Shown: positions 19,978 through 29,281 of the stretch, piece by piece
How positions within the stretch are numbered: position 1 is the stretch's first letter
Layout of the letters: every line of letters starts with the position of its first letter
Source of the DNA: Polyangiales bacterium
Lineage (GTDB): Bacteria; Myxococcota_A; Polyangia; Polyangiales; Polyangiaceae
Length of the DNA: 49,700 nt
Assembly (NCBI GenBank): GCA_038230375.1
Contig: JBBRNJ010000065.1
Span: 1 to 49,700 of the forward strand
Direction: 5' to 3'
The notes under the pieces: generated by a model
What the model was told of the DNA's origin: nothing
What the model saw: only the letters and a program-made list of their open reading frames with translations
Database searches by the model: none
Program-made: the position numbers and the translations under genes

Positions 19978-20892
19978 CTAACGCGCGAGCGCCTTCGCGA
20001 AGAGCGGCGCAATCGAGATTCGATCCTCTTCTGGCAACGCATTGCAGCCAGGATGCGAGTCCGTACCCCACACGTTCTCCAGCACGCCGCTCGACCTGAG
20101 CTTCTTGAGCGACTCGCCCGGCAGCACCAGATGGCTGGCGATCGCATGCACCTTCGTGGCGCCCGCCATCCGGTACGCGGTTGCGGCCTGCACGAGGGAA
20201 GAGCCCGTGCGGATCATGTCGTCGTAGATCACGACCTCGCGTCCGGCGACGTCTGCGTTGATGCCCGTGACGCTCATCGCGCCGTCGTCGGCGTGACGCT
20301 TCTTGTAGACGAACGCGGGCTCCACGCCCAGCTGGCTGGCCAGGCTCTGCACCCATTTCGCGCGGCCTGCATCCGTGGCGCCCAGGACGAACCGCGCGCC
20401 CTTCATCCGGTCCTTGATGGCCTGCGTGATGATGGGTGCACCATACAAGTGATGGGTGACGTGGGCGTCGGAGAAGTAGAACTCGATGCCGTCGGTGTGA
20501 AGGTCGAAGAGAAAGATGCGCGTGCCCGCCTCGCACGTGGGGATGGCGGAGATGAGGCGCGCTCGCGTCTTGGCCGTCACCACCTCGCCGGGGAGAACCG
20601 CGCGCTCCATGGTCGCATATCCGAAGTACGGCATCACGATGGCCAGTGAGCGGGCGCCTGCGCGGGAGATGGCGCAGCCCAGATCGTACAACTCGAGCCA
20701 GTCCGGGTCTGTGGGCGTGCCGCCCAGCAGCACCACGTCACGTGCGTAGACATCCGACTCGATCCGCAGGTAGCGCTCCCCATCGGGGAAGTTCTTCCGC
20801 GCGACCTGCGCCGCCTCGAAGTAGCCGCTCGTCATGAAAGACGGCTCCAGATAGGTGTACGAAGAAATCGTGACGAGTAGCTTCTTCACCAC
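19978..20892 (-). CDS. prs: Ribose-phosphate pyrophosphokinase (divergent)
   Basis: FPDGE, PYFGYA, DLH, DAG, KKR and PRPP-binding VIYDDMIRTGSSL. SD AGGAG. Confidence 0.85.
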   Translation of the reverse strand: MVKKLLVTISSYTYLEPSFMTSGYFEAAQVARKNFPDGERYLRIESDVYARDVVLLGGTPTDPDWLELYDLGCAISRAGARSLAIVMPYFGYATMERAVLPGEVVTAKTRARLISAIPTCEAGTRIFLFDLHTDGIEFYFSDAHVTHHLYGAPIITQAIKDRMKGARFVLGATDAGRAKWVQSLASQLGVEPAFVYKKRHADDGAMSVTGINADVAGREVVIYDDMIRTGSSLVQAATAYRMAGATKVHAIASHLVLPGESLKKLRSSGVLENVWGTDSHPGCNALPEEDRISIAPLFAKALAR

Positions 20893-21006
20893 ACTCTCCT
20901 ACTGTCAGGGCGGGGCCCCCGGCTCACGCCAGCGCGATCGAAACGGGTGACGTATCCGGGAGGGGATATTGTCCGAGATTCGAGCGTATGCGATGCTAGG
21001 AGCAAG

Positions 21007-22647
21007 ATGTTAACTCTTCGTTCGGCCAAGCTCTTCACGATACCTGTTCTTGCACTCGGTCTTTATGGCGCTGGCGCCGCCCCCACCATGGGCTGCTCGT
21101 CGTCGTCATCGCCAGCTGCAACCGGCGTGACGGCGCCCCTCAACGTGGCTGCCGACTCGAGCTCCGTGACCGCCGATGTGACCAACATCCGGTCCTTCGC
21201 GGCCCAGACGCAGGCGGGCGCGATCAGCATCAGCGCGAAGGACGCGACCTCGAAGGAGATCGCAACGTTCAAGGTCACCAAGGCGCCAGTGATGAACTAC
21301 TGGGGCGGCGTGATGCCGGCCATCGTGATCGAGGAGACGGGCGCGAGCGGTGGGAGCATGCACGCAGAGGCCGTGAGCTTCTACCCCGACCGCGCGGATC
21401 TCTCTCGCACCGAGTTCGAGCTCTTTGGCGTGGGCGATCAGAACGTGATCATTCGCTCGGCCTACGACGCAGACAACACGCTCACGCGCGTCTCGCTGTT
21501 CGCGTACAAGATGGCGGGCGCGCCCGGCCAGCCGCGGCTCGGAAAGTTTCTTGCGGGCAAGCTGCACTCCGCTACGCCGTTCGACATCCCGGCCAGCTAC
21601 GCGAGCATCGAGGACTACGTCGACGGATGGATTGACGCGACGGGAACGTCCGCTGTGTGGGAGAGCGAGGAGCTCGACAACGTCTACTTCACCATGCGCG
21701 ATCCCACATGGCTCGCCGCGGTGTTCACCGCGCTCGAGCCCACCATCCTCGGCGGGACCGCGACCACCGCGAGCGTCGGCGGCCTCCATCTCGACAACAC
21801 GGGCGGCGGGACGGGCGGCGGGACGGGCAGCGGAAGCGGCAGCGGCAGCGGCAGCGGAAGCGGAAGCGGCGGCAAGGGCACAGGCAAACCTGGTGCAGGC
21901 TCCGGGGCAGGCAAGGGCGCAGGCACCAAGCCCCCGAAGGCCGGACAGACCAGCGGCTGCGACAAGGGCGGCATCGGTGGCGTGCTCGGAGGCATCCTCG
22001 GCAACGTCGCGAAGAACCCCGCCGGTAGCCTCGCGGGCGCGAAGGCTTGCAAGGACTGCGTGAGCGGCCTCACGGGCGGCGGCACCAGCATGAGCGGCGG
22101 CACGACCACCGGCAAGGACGCAGGCGCGGGCAGCGCGGACTCGGGCGGCAGCGCCAGCACGGACTCCGGCGTCAAGGGCGACGGCGGCACCGCGCGTCCC
22201 ACGAAGAAGAAGAAGACCGCCACCAAGACGCAGATCGTCGCCGCGGCGAAGACAGCCAAGAAGCCCAAGAAGACTGCCAGCTCCTCCAGCTCCTGCAGCG
22301 CATGTCAGAAGTTCCTCGGCAGCACCGGCGTCACCAAGGCCGCAACGTGCGCGATCGGCAAGCTGACGAACGGCGTGTTCGGGAAGAAGAAGGGTGGCTC
22401 GTCCACCAACTCGAACAACAACTCCCCGGCGGACGACATGTCCGACGACTGCGCGGACGACGGCTCGGATTGCGCGTCCGCGCCGGACGGCGACACCTGC
22501 ACCGAGGGCGACGATACGTGCGCCTCCGATCCGGATCAGAACTCGAACGACAGCGGCGGCTTCGAGACCGGAGATGTCGGCGATGACGGCTCTGGTGGAG
22601 AGGGAGACGTCAACACGGATGACTTCGGCGATGCGTTCTCGGACTGA
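21007..22647 (+). CDS. Hypothetical lipoprotein with Gly/Ser linker, CxxC segments and Asp/Cys-rich tail
   Basis: SD AGGAG before ATG 21007, signal ending TMG-CSSSS, GC3-rich codons. Overlaps the next gene. Confidence 0.75.
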   Translation: MLTLRSAKLFTIPVLALGLYGAGAAPTMGCSSSSSPAATGVTAPLNVAADSSSVTADVTNIRSFAAQTQAGAISISAKDATSKEIATFKVTKAPVMNYWGGVMPAIVIEETGASGGSMHAEAVSFYPDRADLSRTEFELFGVGDQNVIIRSAYDADNTLTRVSLFAYKMAGAPGQPRLGKFLAGKLHSATPFDIPASYASIEDYVDGWIDATGTSAVWESEELDNVYFTMRDPTWLAAVFTALEPTILGGTATTASVGGLHLDNTGGGTGGGTGSGSGSGSGSGSGSGGKGTGKPGAGSGAGKGAGTKPPKAGQTSGCDKGGIGGVLGGILGNVAKNPAGSLAGAKACKDCVSGLTGGGTSMSGGTTTGKDAGAGSADSGGSASTDSGVKGDGGTARPTKKKKTATKTQIVAAAKTAKKPKKTASSSSSCSACQKFLGSTGVTKAATCAIGKLTNGVFGKKKGGSSTNSNNNSPADDMSDDCADDGSDCASAPDGDTCTEGDDTCASDPDQNSNDSGGFETGDVGDDGSGGEGDVNTDDFGDAFSD

Positions 22648-24253
22648 GCTGAGAGGTACGCTGGTCGCGCTCCTCTCGCTGACGGCCACGGTCGCCTTCG
22701 GTGGCCCTGGCTGCAGCTCCAGCGATGGGACGCGCATCCAGATCGCCATCCCTGCGACCAGCCTCTACAACGATCAGGGCGCCACCGCCCCGAACGAGGC
22801 CGTGCGCGGGCTCGTGGGGCTCAGCCTCCACAACACGAGCCAGGTCGATTCGCTCATCCGCGATCAGTACGATCCGGGCTCTTCGCAGTTCCGCCGTTAC
22901 CTCAACGCTGGTGACTTCCTGGGGCAGTTCGGACCGTCCGACGCGGACGTCTCCGCCGTGCAGGGCTTCCTCACCGCGCACGGCTTCAAGGTGGACCGCA
23001 CGGCCACCAACAAGATGCTCGTCGGGTTCTCCGGCAGCGTGGACGCATTCAACAAAGCGTTCTCCACGAACCTGCACACGTACCAGCACACGGGCGACTC
23101 GCGCACTTCGTCCCTGCAGATCGTGTACGGCGCGCCCGGCGGACTGCTCCTTCCGTCCGAACTGTCGAATGCAAACGCGACCGTGCTCACCGCGGACATC
23201 GCTGTGGACACCACGCCAGAGAGCCCCGACTCCACGAAGGTGGACCTCACGCCTCCGACCGCGACTGATCTCTCGAACGGCCTCGTTCCCTCGCAGGTCT
23301 CCGCGGCATACGGCTTCGACGCGCTCTTCAGCGCTGGCGGCAAGGGTGACGGTCAGACCATCGGCATCGTGGTCGCGTACGACTACAAGGAAGGCGACGC
23401 GCAGTCCTTCTGGCAGGTGTTCGGCTTGAAGCGCAAGTCGCCGGTCCGCAAGATCGTCGGTGATCCGACCACCACGCGCGTCACGGAGACCGCGCTCGAC
23501 GTGCAGTGGGCCGGCATGCTCGCGCCCAACGCCGAACTCATCGTCTACGAGGCGCCGGACATCCGGGACACGTCGATCCTCTTCGCCTTCAACGAGGCCG
23601 TTGGTCTTTCAGAGGCAACTGTCATCACGGACTCGTTCGGTCACCGCGAGTCGTCCATCTCCAAGCCCGTCGCGCAGGCGTACAACGACGCGGGGCGCAT
23701 GGCCGCGGCCATCGGCATGACGGTGCTCGCGGCCACCGGAGACAGCGGCGGGGTGGACGCACCAGCGTCGTGTCCGCACGTCACCGCCGTCGGTGGCACC
23801 AACCTCTCCATGACAGCGGATAACAAGGTTGCCAGCGAGACGGCATGGTTCTCTGGCGGCGCAGGCCCGTCCAAGTACTTCTCGAAGCCCAGCTTTCAAA
23901 AGGGTGTGTCCGCAGCCACGACGAACTTCCGGTACACGGCGGACCTCTCCCTCAACGGGCAGGCGTACTACCAGACGAAGATCCTGAGCAAGTGGGAGCA
24001 GCACGGCGGCACGTCGTTCGCGTCGCCCATCTTCGCTGCGATGGTGGCGGATGCGGTCAGCTATCGCTCTGCACACGGCAAGGGGAACCTTGGCTACCTG
24101 AATCCGGCGATCTACGATCAGAGCCAGAGCGGCGGCGTCTTCCGCGACATCACCGAGGGCGCATCTGGCACGTACGTCAGCACGCAAGGCTGGGACATCG
24201 CGACGGGCTGGGGAGCCCCGGACGCGCTCGCGCTCGCGCAGAAGCTGCCGTGA
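22631..24253 (+). CDS. S53 (sedolisin/kumamolisin) serine protease with pro-domain, probable lipoprotein
   Basis: Pro-domain DPGSSQFRRYL..FGPS, ETALD (Glu/Asp), TGDSG (oxyanion), GGTSFASP (Ser), GWDIATGWG (Ca site), and GPG-CSSS. Confidence 0.92.
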   Translation: MRSRTELRGTLVALLSLTATVAFGGPGCSSSDGTRIQIAIPATSLYNDQGATAPNEAVRGLVGLSLHNTSQVDSLIRDQYDPGSSQFRRYLNAGDFLGQFGPSDADVSAVQGFLTAHGFKVDRTATNKMLVGFSGSVDAFNKAFSTNLHTYQHTGDSRTSSLQIVYGAPGGLLLPSELSNANATVLTADIAVDTTPESPDSTKVDLTPPTATDLSNGLVPSQVSAAYGFDALFSAGGKGDGQTIGIVVAYDYKEGDAQSFWQVFGLKRKSPVRKIVGDPTTTRVTETALDVQWAGMLAPNAELIVYEAPDIRDTSILFAFNEAVGLSEATVITDSFGHRESSISKPVAQAYNDAGRMAAAIGMTVLAATGDSGGVDAPASCPHVTAVGGTNLSMTADNKVASETAWFSGGAGPSKYFSKPSFQKGVSAATTNFRYTADLSLNGQAYYQTKILSKWEQHGGTSFASPIFAAMVADAVSYRSAHGKGNLGYLNPAIYDQSQSGGVFRDITEGASGTYVSTQGWDIATGWGAPDALALAQKLP

Positions 24254-24317
24254 GCAAGCCCGTTGACGAGGTCACCGACTTCACGAAAAACACGCCAGAA
24301 GGCTGATTTCCAGCCGA

Positions 24318-26081
24318 TCAGGCGTCCTTCTTCGCGATGTTCGCCCAGGTGTCCTTCAGTGTGACGGTGCGGTTGAACACCAGCTTGCCGCCCGTGCCTT
24401 GCCCGCCGCTGTCCGTGTCGACTGCGAAGTAGCCTAGGCGCTCGAACTGGAAGCGCTCTCCTGGCTTCGCGTTCGCGAGGCTTGGCTCCACGACGGAGTT
24501 GGTGATCACCTCTAGCGACTTCGGGTTCAGGTTCTTGGTGAAGTCGTCCTTCTCGGTCATCGGGTTCTCGATCAAGAACAGACGATCGTAGAGGCGCGTC
24601 TCCACGGAGATGCCTTGCGCGGCAGACACCCAGTGCAGCGTGCCCTTCACCTTGCGGCCGTCCTTGGGCATGCCACCGCGCGATTCCGGATCCCAGGTGC
24701 AGAAGAGCTCCGTCACCTCGCCCTTGTCGTTCTTCACGAAGCGGTCGCACTTGATGAGGCACGCGTAGCGCAGGCGCACCTCCTGGCCGGGCGCCAGGCG
24801 GAACCATTTCTTGCTCGGTATCTCCTGGAAGTCTTCTTGCTCCACGTACACAACGCGGGAGAGCGCGATCTTGCGTGACGGGCCTTCGGGCTTCTCGGGA
24901 TCGTAGGGCGCGTCGAACTCGTGAAGCTCGCCCTCGGGCAAGTTCTCGATCGTCACCTTCAGCGGGCGGATCACGCCCATCACGCGCGGGCAGCGCGCGT
25001 TGAGATCCTCGCGCAGGGTGTGCTCGAAGAGCGAGATGTCGACGACGCTGTCCTTCGTGGACACGCCCACGCGATCGCAGAACGCACGAAGCGCCTCTGG
25101 CGTGACGCCGCGGCGACGAAGGCCAGCAAGTGTGGGCATGCGCGGGTCGTCCCAGCCGTTCACGTGCTTGCCGAAGACCAGATCGCGCAGGCGCCGCTTG
25201 GAGAACATCGTGTAGGTGATGTTCAGCTTCGCGAACTCGATCTGCTGTGGGCGCCCACCTGGAGAGCCCTCCTTCGCGCCGATCTGATCAAGGAAGAAGT
25301 TGTACAGGCCGCGGTGGTTCACGAACTCCAGCGTGCATATCGAGTGCGTGATGCCTTCGATGAAGTCGCTCTGGCCGTGCGCCCAGTCGTACATCGGATA
25401 GATGCACCACTTGTCGCCAGTGCGATGATGCTTCGCGTGGCGTATCCGGTACATGATCGGATCGCGCATCTTCACGTCCGTGCCGGCCATGTCGCCCTTG
25501 CCGCGGAGCACGTGCTCGCCGTCCTGGAATTCGCCGGCCCGCATGCGCTGGAAGAGCGCGAGGTTCTCGTCGGGCGTGCGCGCGCGGTGTGGGCTCTCCT
25601 CGCCGGCCTTGTAGAAGTCGCCACGGGTGTCGCGGATCTCGAGCTCGGTGCGGCTGTCCACGTAGGCCGTGCCCGCCTTGATCATGGAGACGGCCAGGTC
25701 GTACAGCTTGTCGAAGTAGTCGGACGCGAAGTAGAGCCGATCCTCCCAGTCGAAACCGAGCCAGCGCACGTCTGCCTTGATCGACTCGACGTACTCCACG
25801 TCCTCGGTCTCGGGGTTCGTGTCGTCGAAGCGGAGGTTGCACTTCCCGCCGGGGATCTTCTGCGCAAGGCCGAAGTTCAGGCAGATCGCCTTCGCGTGCC
25901 CCATGTGCAGGTAGCCGTTCGGCTCGGGCGGAAAGCGCGTCACCACACGCCCGCCGTTCTTGCCGGCGGCCGCATCCGCAGAGACCAGGTCGAGGACAAA
26001 GTTCCCCGGCCCGTCCTCCGGATTCGCTCCGGAGGCCCGAGTCCCGTCTTTCTTTTCGTTCGCGCTGTCGTGCTCGCTCAT
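24318..26081 (-). CDS. glnS: Glutamine--tRNA ligase
   Basis: TRFPPEPNGYLHMGHAK, RFDDTNP, WCIYPMYD, THSICTLEF, FSKR, GWDDPRMPT and FQFERLGYF motifs. Confidence 0.97.
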   Translation of the reverse strand: MSEHDSANEKKDGTRASGANPEDGPGNFVLDLVSADAAAGKNGGRVVTRFPPEPNGYLHMGHAKAICLNFGLAQKIPGGKCNLRFDDTNPETEDVEYVESIKADVRWLGFDWEDRLYFASDYFDKLYDLAVSMIKAGTAYVDSRTELEIRDTRGDFYKAGEESPHRARTPDENLALFQRMRAGEFQDGEHVLRGKGDMAGTDVKMRDPIMYRIRHAKHHRTGDKWCIYPMYDWAHGQSDFIEGITHSICTLEFVNHRGLYNFFLDQIGAKEGSPGGRPQQIEFAKLNITYTMFSKRRLRDLVFGKHVNGWDDPRMPTLAGLRRRGVTPEALRAFCDRVGVSTKDSVVDISLFEHTLREDLNARCPRVMGVIRPLKVTIENLPEGELHEFDAPYDPEKPEGPSRKIALSRVVYVEQEDFQEIPSKKWFRLAPGQEVRLRYACLIKCDRFVKNDKGEVTELFCTWDPESRGGMPKDGRKVKGTLHWVSAAQGISVETRLYDRLFLIENPMTEKDDFTKNLNPKSLEVITNSVVEPSLANAKPGERFQFERLGYFAVDTDSGGQGTGGKLVFNRTVTLKDTWANIAKKDA

Positions 26082-26090
26082 CGCGAGGTC

Positions 26091-26096
26091 ACTATA
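26091..26096 (-). promoter_or_regulatory. -10 box TATAGT, 9 nt before the glnS ATG
   Basis: Minus strand TATAGT-gacctcgcg-ATG with no SD. Confidence 0.55.
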
Positions 26097-26103
26097 CTGC
26101 GAT

Positions 26104-27714
26104 TCAGGGAACCGGGACGACGTAGAGACCCTTGTCGTAGTTCGTGTAGATCATCTTCGCGCCGAAGAGGTAGTAGCCCGGGTCCGCGCCTTGAACGACC
26201 ACGGCCGGAGCACCCGCGCCTGCGGCGTCGGCGCTGGTGAGGTCAACATAGACGCCACCGTTGGAGTCCTGCTGGACGTTCTCCATCCAGACGGCCTTGG
26301 TCGTTGCGTCGACGATCTGGGGCTCGATCACGTTCTTCGACACGACCTTGTCGGTGCCACCGGCCGCCGCGTGCGCGTTCAGAGTGCCGATGGGAAGCCC
26401 GCCGGTGATCGGCAGGTCGCTCAGGAAGAAGAAGTGCGTCGCCGTGGTGTTGAACCCGACGGCCTTGCCCGCCGCCGTGAGGAGCTTCGGTGCACCAGCA
26501 GCGGTGAGCGAGATGAAGTTGAGGTCGTAGCGCGAAATCTTCGGGTTCGTGGTCACGTCGCGTGGCTTGACGTTCACGACGCCATTGGAGAAGTCCGTGG
26601 CCACGCCGAGAACGGCGTACGCGGTGGGGACGAGGGACGTGGGCGTGTTGCTGATAACCGGAGAGATCGCGAGCTCGCTTGCGCCGCCGTCCGCCAGGGT
26701 CGAGCGATAGAGGACCTTGGAGCCGTCGCTGTTGAGCGTCGCGAAGGCCGTGTTGCTCCCGTGCGCGATGATGGACTTGCCGTCGAACGTGGCCGTGGTG
26801 CCGACGAGGTTGGTGTTCTTGATGTAGAGGAGGTGCGTGCCGGCGGTGTCCACCTCTGCGAAGCCCGGCTTCGCCACGGTGCCGGCCTTCGCGGTGAGCG
26901 TGCCGTTCCCGGTATCCAGCGTGGCAATGCTCGCCGTCACGGCGGCGCCGGTGCATCCGGTCGCGTACGCGATCCCCTTGCCGAAGCCAAAGCCCACGGG
27001 GCATGCGGCCTTCAGCAGCACGGTCGAATAGAGCGTTGTTGGCAGCGTGCCGTCCGGCTTCGAGACCGTGAAGTCCACAGTCCCATTCGCCGCGTTGAGG
27101 TTTCCCGCGAACAGGACATGTAGGCCGTCCGCCGCCGCGTCGAAGATGCCGTCGAGGGCCTTTGTGGGCAACACCTTGAGGCCACCGGCGGCGTTCCACA
27201 CCGAGAGGGTCGCGTTGCCGGTGTTCGGGTCGATGTTCGTGAACAGACCGATGGTCGACCCGGCGATGATCGCGTCGTCGACCGCTGCAGTCATGGAGTC
27301 GCCCGGATCGTACGAGGCCGCGAGCACCGTGGGCGCGCCGCCAGCCACAGACACGACCTCGAGGTCCGTGAGCGGAAGACCCGCGTCGTCCGTCTTTCCG
27401 AGATCCTTGCCGAACAGGACATACCCGTCCGAGGTCACGCCGAAGACGGTGACGCCCATCCCAGAAAAGAGCGAGGTGCCCGGGGTGGTCTGGATGACGA
27501 CTCCGCCTCCGTCGCCGCCGCCCGAGTCCTTCTTTCCGCCACCACCGCTGTCCGTGCCGGGGCCGGGGCCGCCGCCGCCGTCGTCGCCGTTACCACCGCC
27601 ACCGGCGTCATCGCCAGAGGTGTCGCCGCCAGGCGTGTCTCCGCTGCTCGAGCAGCCCTGGGCGATCCAGACGAGGAGCGGGAGGGAGGAGAGAAGGGCG
27701 ACAGTACGCTTCAT
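26104..27714 (-). CDS. Hypothetical lipoprotein, beta-propeller-like
   Basis: MKRTVALLSSLPLLVWIAQG-CSSS, a D-x-G Gly linker and repeated short beta-strand segments. Start trimmed to ATG 27714. Confidence 0.8.
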   Translation of the reverse strand: MKRTVALLSSLPLLVWIAQGCSSSGDTPGGDTSGDDAGGGGNGDDGGGGPGPGTDSGGGGKKDSGGGDGGGVVIQTTPGTSLFSGMGVTVFGVTSDGYVLFGKDLGKTDDAGLPLTDLEVVSVAGGAPTVLAASYDPGDSMTAAVDDAIIAGSTIGLFTNIDPNTGNATLSVWNAAGGLKVLPTKALDGIFDAAADGLHVLFAGNLNAANGTVDFTVSKPDGTLPTTLYSTVLLKAACPVGFGFGKGIAYATGCTGAAVTASIATLDTGNGTLTAKAGTVAKPGFAEVDTAGTHLLYIKNTNLVGTTATFDGKSIIAHGSNTAFATLNSDGSKVLYRSTLADGGASELAISPVISNTPTSLVPTAYAVLGVATDFSNGVVNVKPRDVTTNPKISRYDLNFISLTAAGAPKLLTAAGKAVGFNTTATHFFFLSDLPITGGLPIGTLNAHAAAGGTDKVVSKNVIEPQIVDATTKAVWMENVQQDSNGGVYVDLTSADAAGAGAPAVVVQGADPGYYLFGAKMIYTNYDKGLYVVPVP

Positions 27715-27877
27715 GGCAGGAAGATCCTCGTGGGTTGCGCGCAACCTTCGCGCGCATGGTGAGAGCCGTTGGTCTAGCCCACAGAAGCCCACGTGCAAGC
27801 AGCTCGGCTGAAATCGCCTGCGAACGGCAAATTCTTGCAGAAAAATAAGGGGATCGAGGGGGATCCAGGATGGGAAG

Positions 27878-28006
<129 letters not shown>

Positions 28007-28114
28007 GGACGGGTGTTGCACTGGGCGCACGGTTGGGTCTTCACGGTTGGGGGTGTCTGGGGGGATTTTCGCTGGGTTTCGCTTCGGCACGCGAATTGGA
28101 GGTGAGGTTGTTCG

Positions 28115-29281
28115 ATGCTTCTTCCTTCCGATCTTGCCTCTCGTGCTCGGGCGCTTGCTCGTGATGTGCTTGCCTTGCACCCTCCCGAGACACTGCCGTG
28201 GTCGTGGCGCACTGCGATCCTGCTCCATGGCATGGTCACGCTTGGTGCTGCGACAGGGGACGCTGAGCTGCTCGAGGGCGTGCGGCGGTTCTTCGAGAGT
28301 CCTCGCCACCAGAACGTCGGGATCCGGCGCTCCGATGCCGCCGCGTGCGCGCTTCCCGCGCTCTCGCTCTACGAGGCTACGGGCGAGCGGGTGGGTCTGC
28401 CCTATGTGGATCGCGCGCTCCGTTACCTGGGGCGTGCGCCGTCGTCGTATCTCGGCGCCGTGTTCCACCTTGGCGACGAGCTGTGGGCGCGCCCGCTTCC
28501 GGACTCCGTGTGGGCCGACTCACTCATGATGGTGGGCGTGCTGCTTGCCCGTGCGTCGGTGGTGCGCGGAGATTCGAACCTGCGCTCTCGCGCGCTGGGT
28601 CAGGCGCACGCGTTCGTCACGCACCTCCAGGATCCAGGAGTGGGTCTCTTCCGCCACGCAGACATTCCCGTCGCTAGCGTCTCCTTCCCCACGTCGCGTG
28701 CGTTCTGGCTTCGCGGTAACGGATGGATGCTCGCGGCGGGCGCGGAGATGTGCGCGGTGCTCGATCTCGGGCCTGCCGAGCACGCGGACCTTTCCCGCGC
28801 CTTCGCGCCCGCCGCGTCCGCGCTGCTCGGTTGTGTGCGCAACGACGGCTCCTGGCCCAACCTGCTGCACGCCGCACGCGCACCCGTTCGCAGCACGAGT
28901 GATCTCCTCTCGCCCATCATCAGGGACGATCGCGCGCGCATCGAATCGAGCGGCACCGCACTCGTGGGCGCCGGCATGCTCGGCTTCGCACGGCTCGGCA
29001 TGCTCGTGCCCGAAGAGCCGTATCGCGCCGCCGGGCTCGCCGCGGTGGCCGCCGCTGTCTCGTGCATCATGCGCGACCGACGTGGGCGCTTGTGCCTCAG
29101 AAACACGACGGGCCCCACGAATGCGGGGCCCTCGTTCTCTTACGGTCTCGTTCCGGAGTCGGTGAACGCGTACTACGGCGTGGGAGCGATCCTGCTCTCT
29201 GCCGCAGCTGCCGTCACTTCTTCGGTGCCGGAGCCGCAGGCTTCGCAGGTGCAGGTGCTGCGCCCGTCTTCGGCGGCGTGA
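28115..29281 (+). CDS. Glycoside hydrolase GH105/GH88-like (unsaturated uronyl hydrolase)
   Basis: WADSLMM, LQDP.GLFRH, FWLRGNGW, ESSGTA and YGVGAILL motifs. SD GGAGGTGAGG. Confidence 0.78.
   Translation: MLLPSDLASRARALARDVLALHPPETLPWSWRTAILLHGMVTLGAATGDAELLEGVRRFFESPRHQNVGIRRSDAAACALPALSLYEATGERVGLPYVDRALRYLGRAPSSYLGAVFHLGDELWARPLPDSVWADSLMMVGVLLARASVVRGDSNLRSRALGQAHAFVTHLQDPGVGLFRHADIPVASVSFPTSRAFWLRGNGWMLAAGAEMCAVLDLGPAEHADLSRAFAPAASALLGCVRNDGSWPNLLHAARAPVRSTSDLLSPIIRDDRARIESSGTALVGAGMLGFARLGMLVPEEPYRAAGLAAVAAAVSCIMRDRRGRLCLRNTTGPTNAGPSFSYGLVPESVNAYYGVGAILLSAAAAVTSSVPEPQASQVQVLRPSSAA

Noticed and set aside
18302..20536. N-terminal extension of GH44
   Set aside because: Overlaps prs out of frame. 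The signal peptide starts at ATG 19975.
28085..28100. CGGCACGCGAATTGGA sigma54-like motif before the GH105 gene
   Set aside because: The -12 element is GG rather than GC and it overlaps the SD. Too weak to call.
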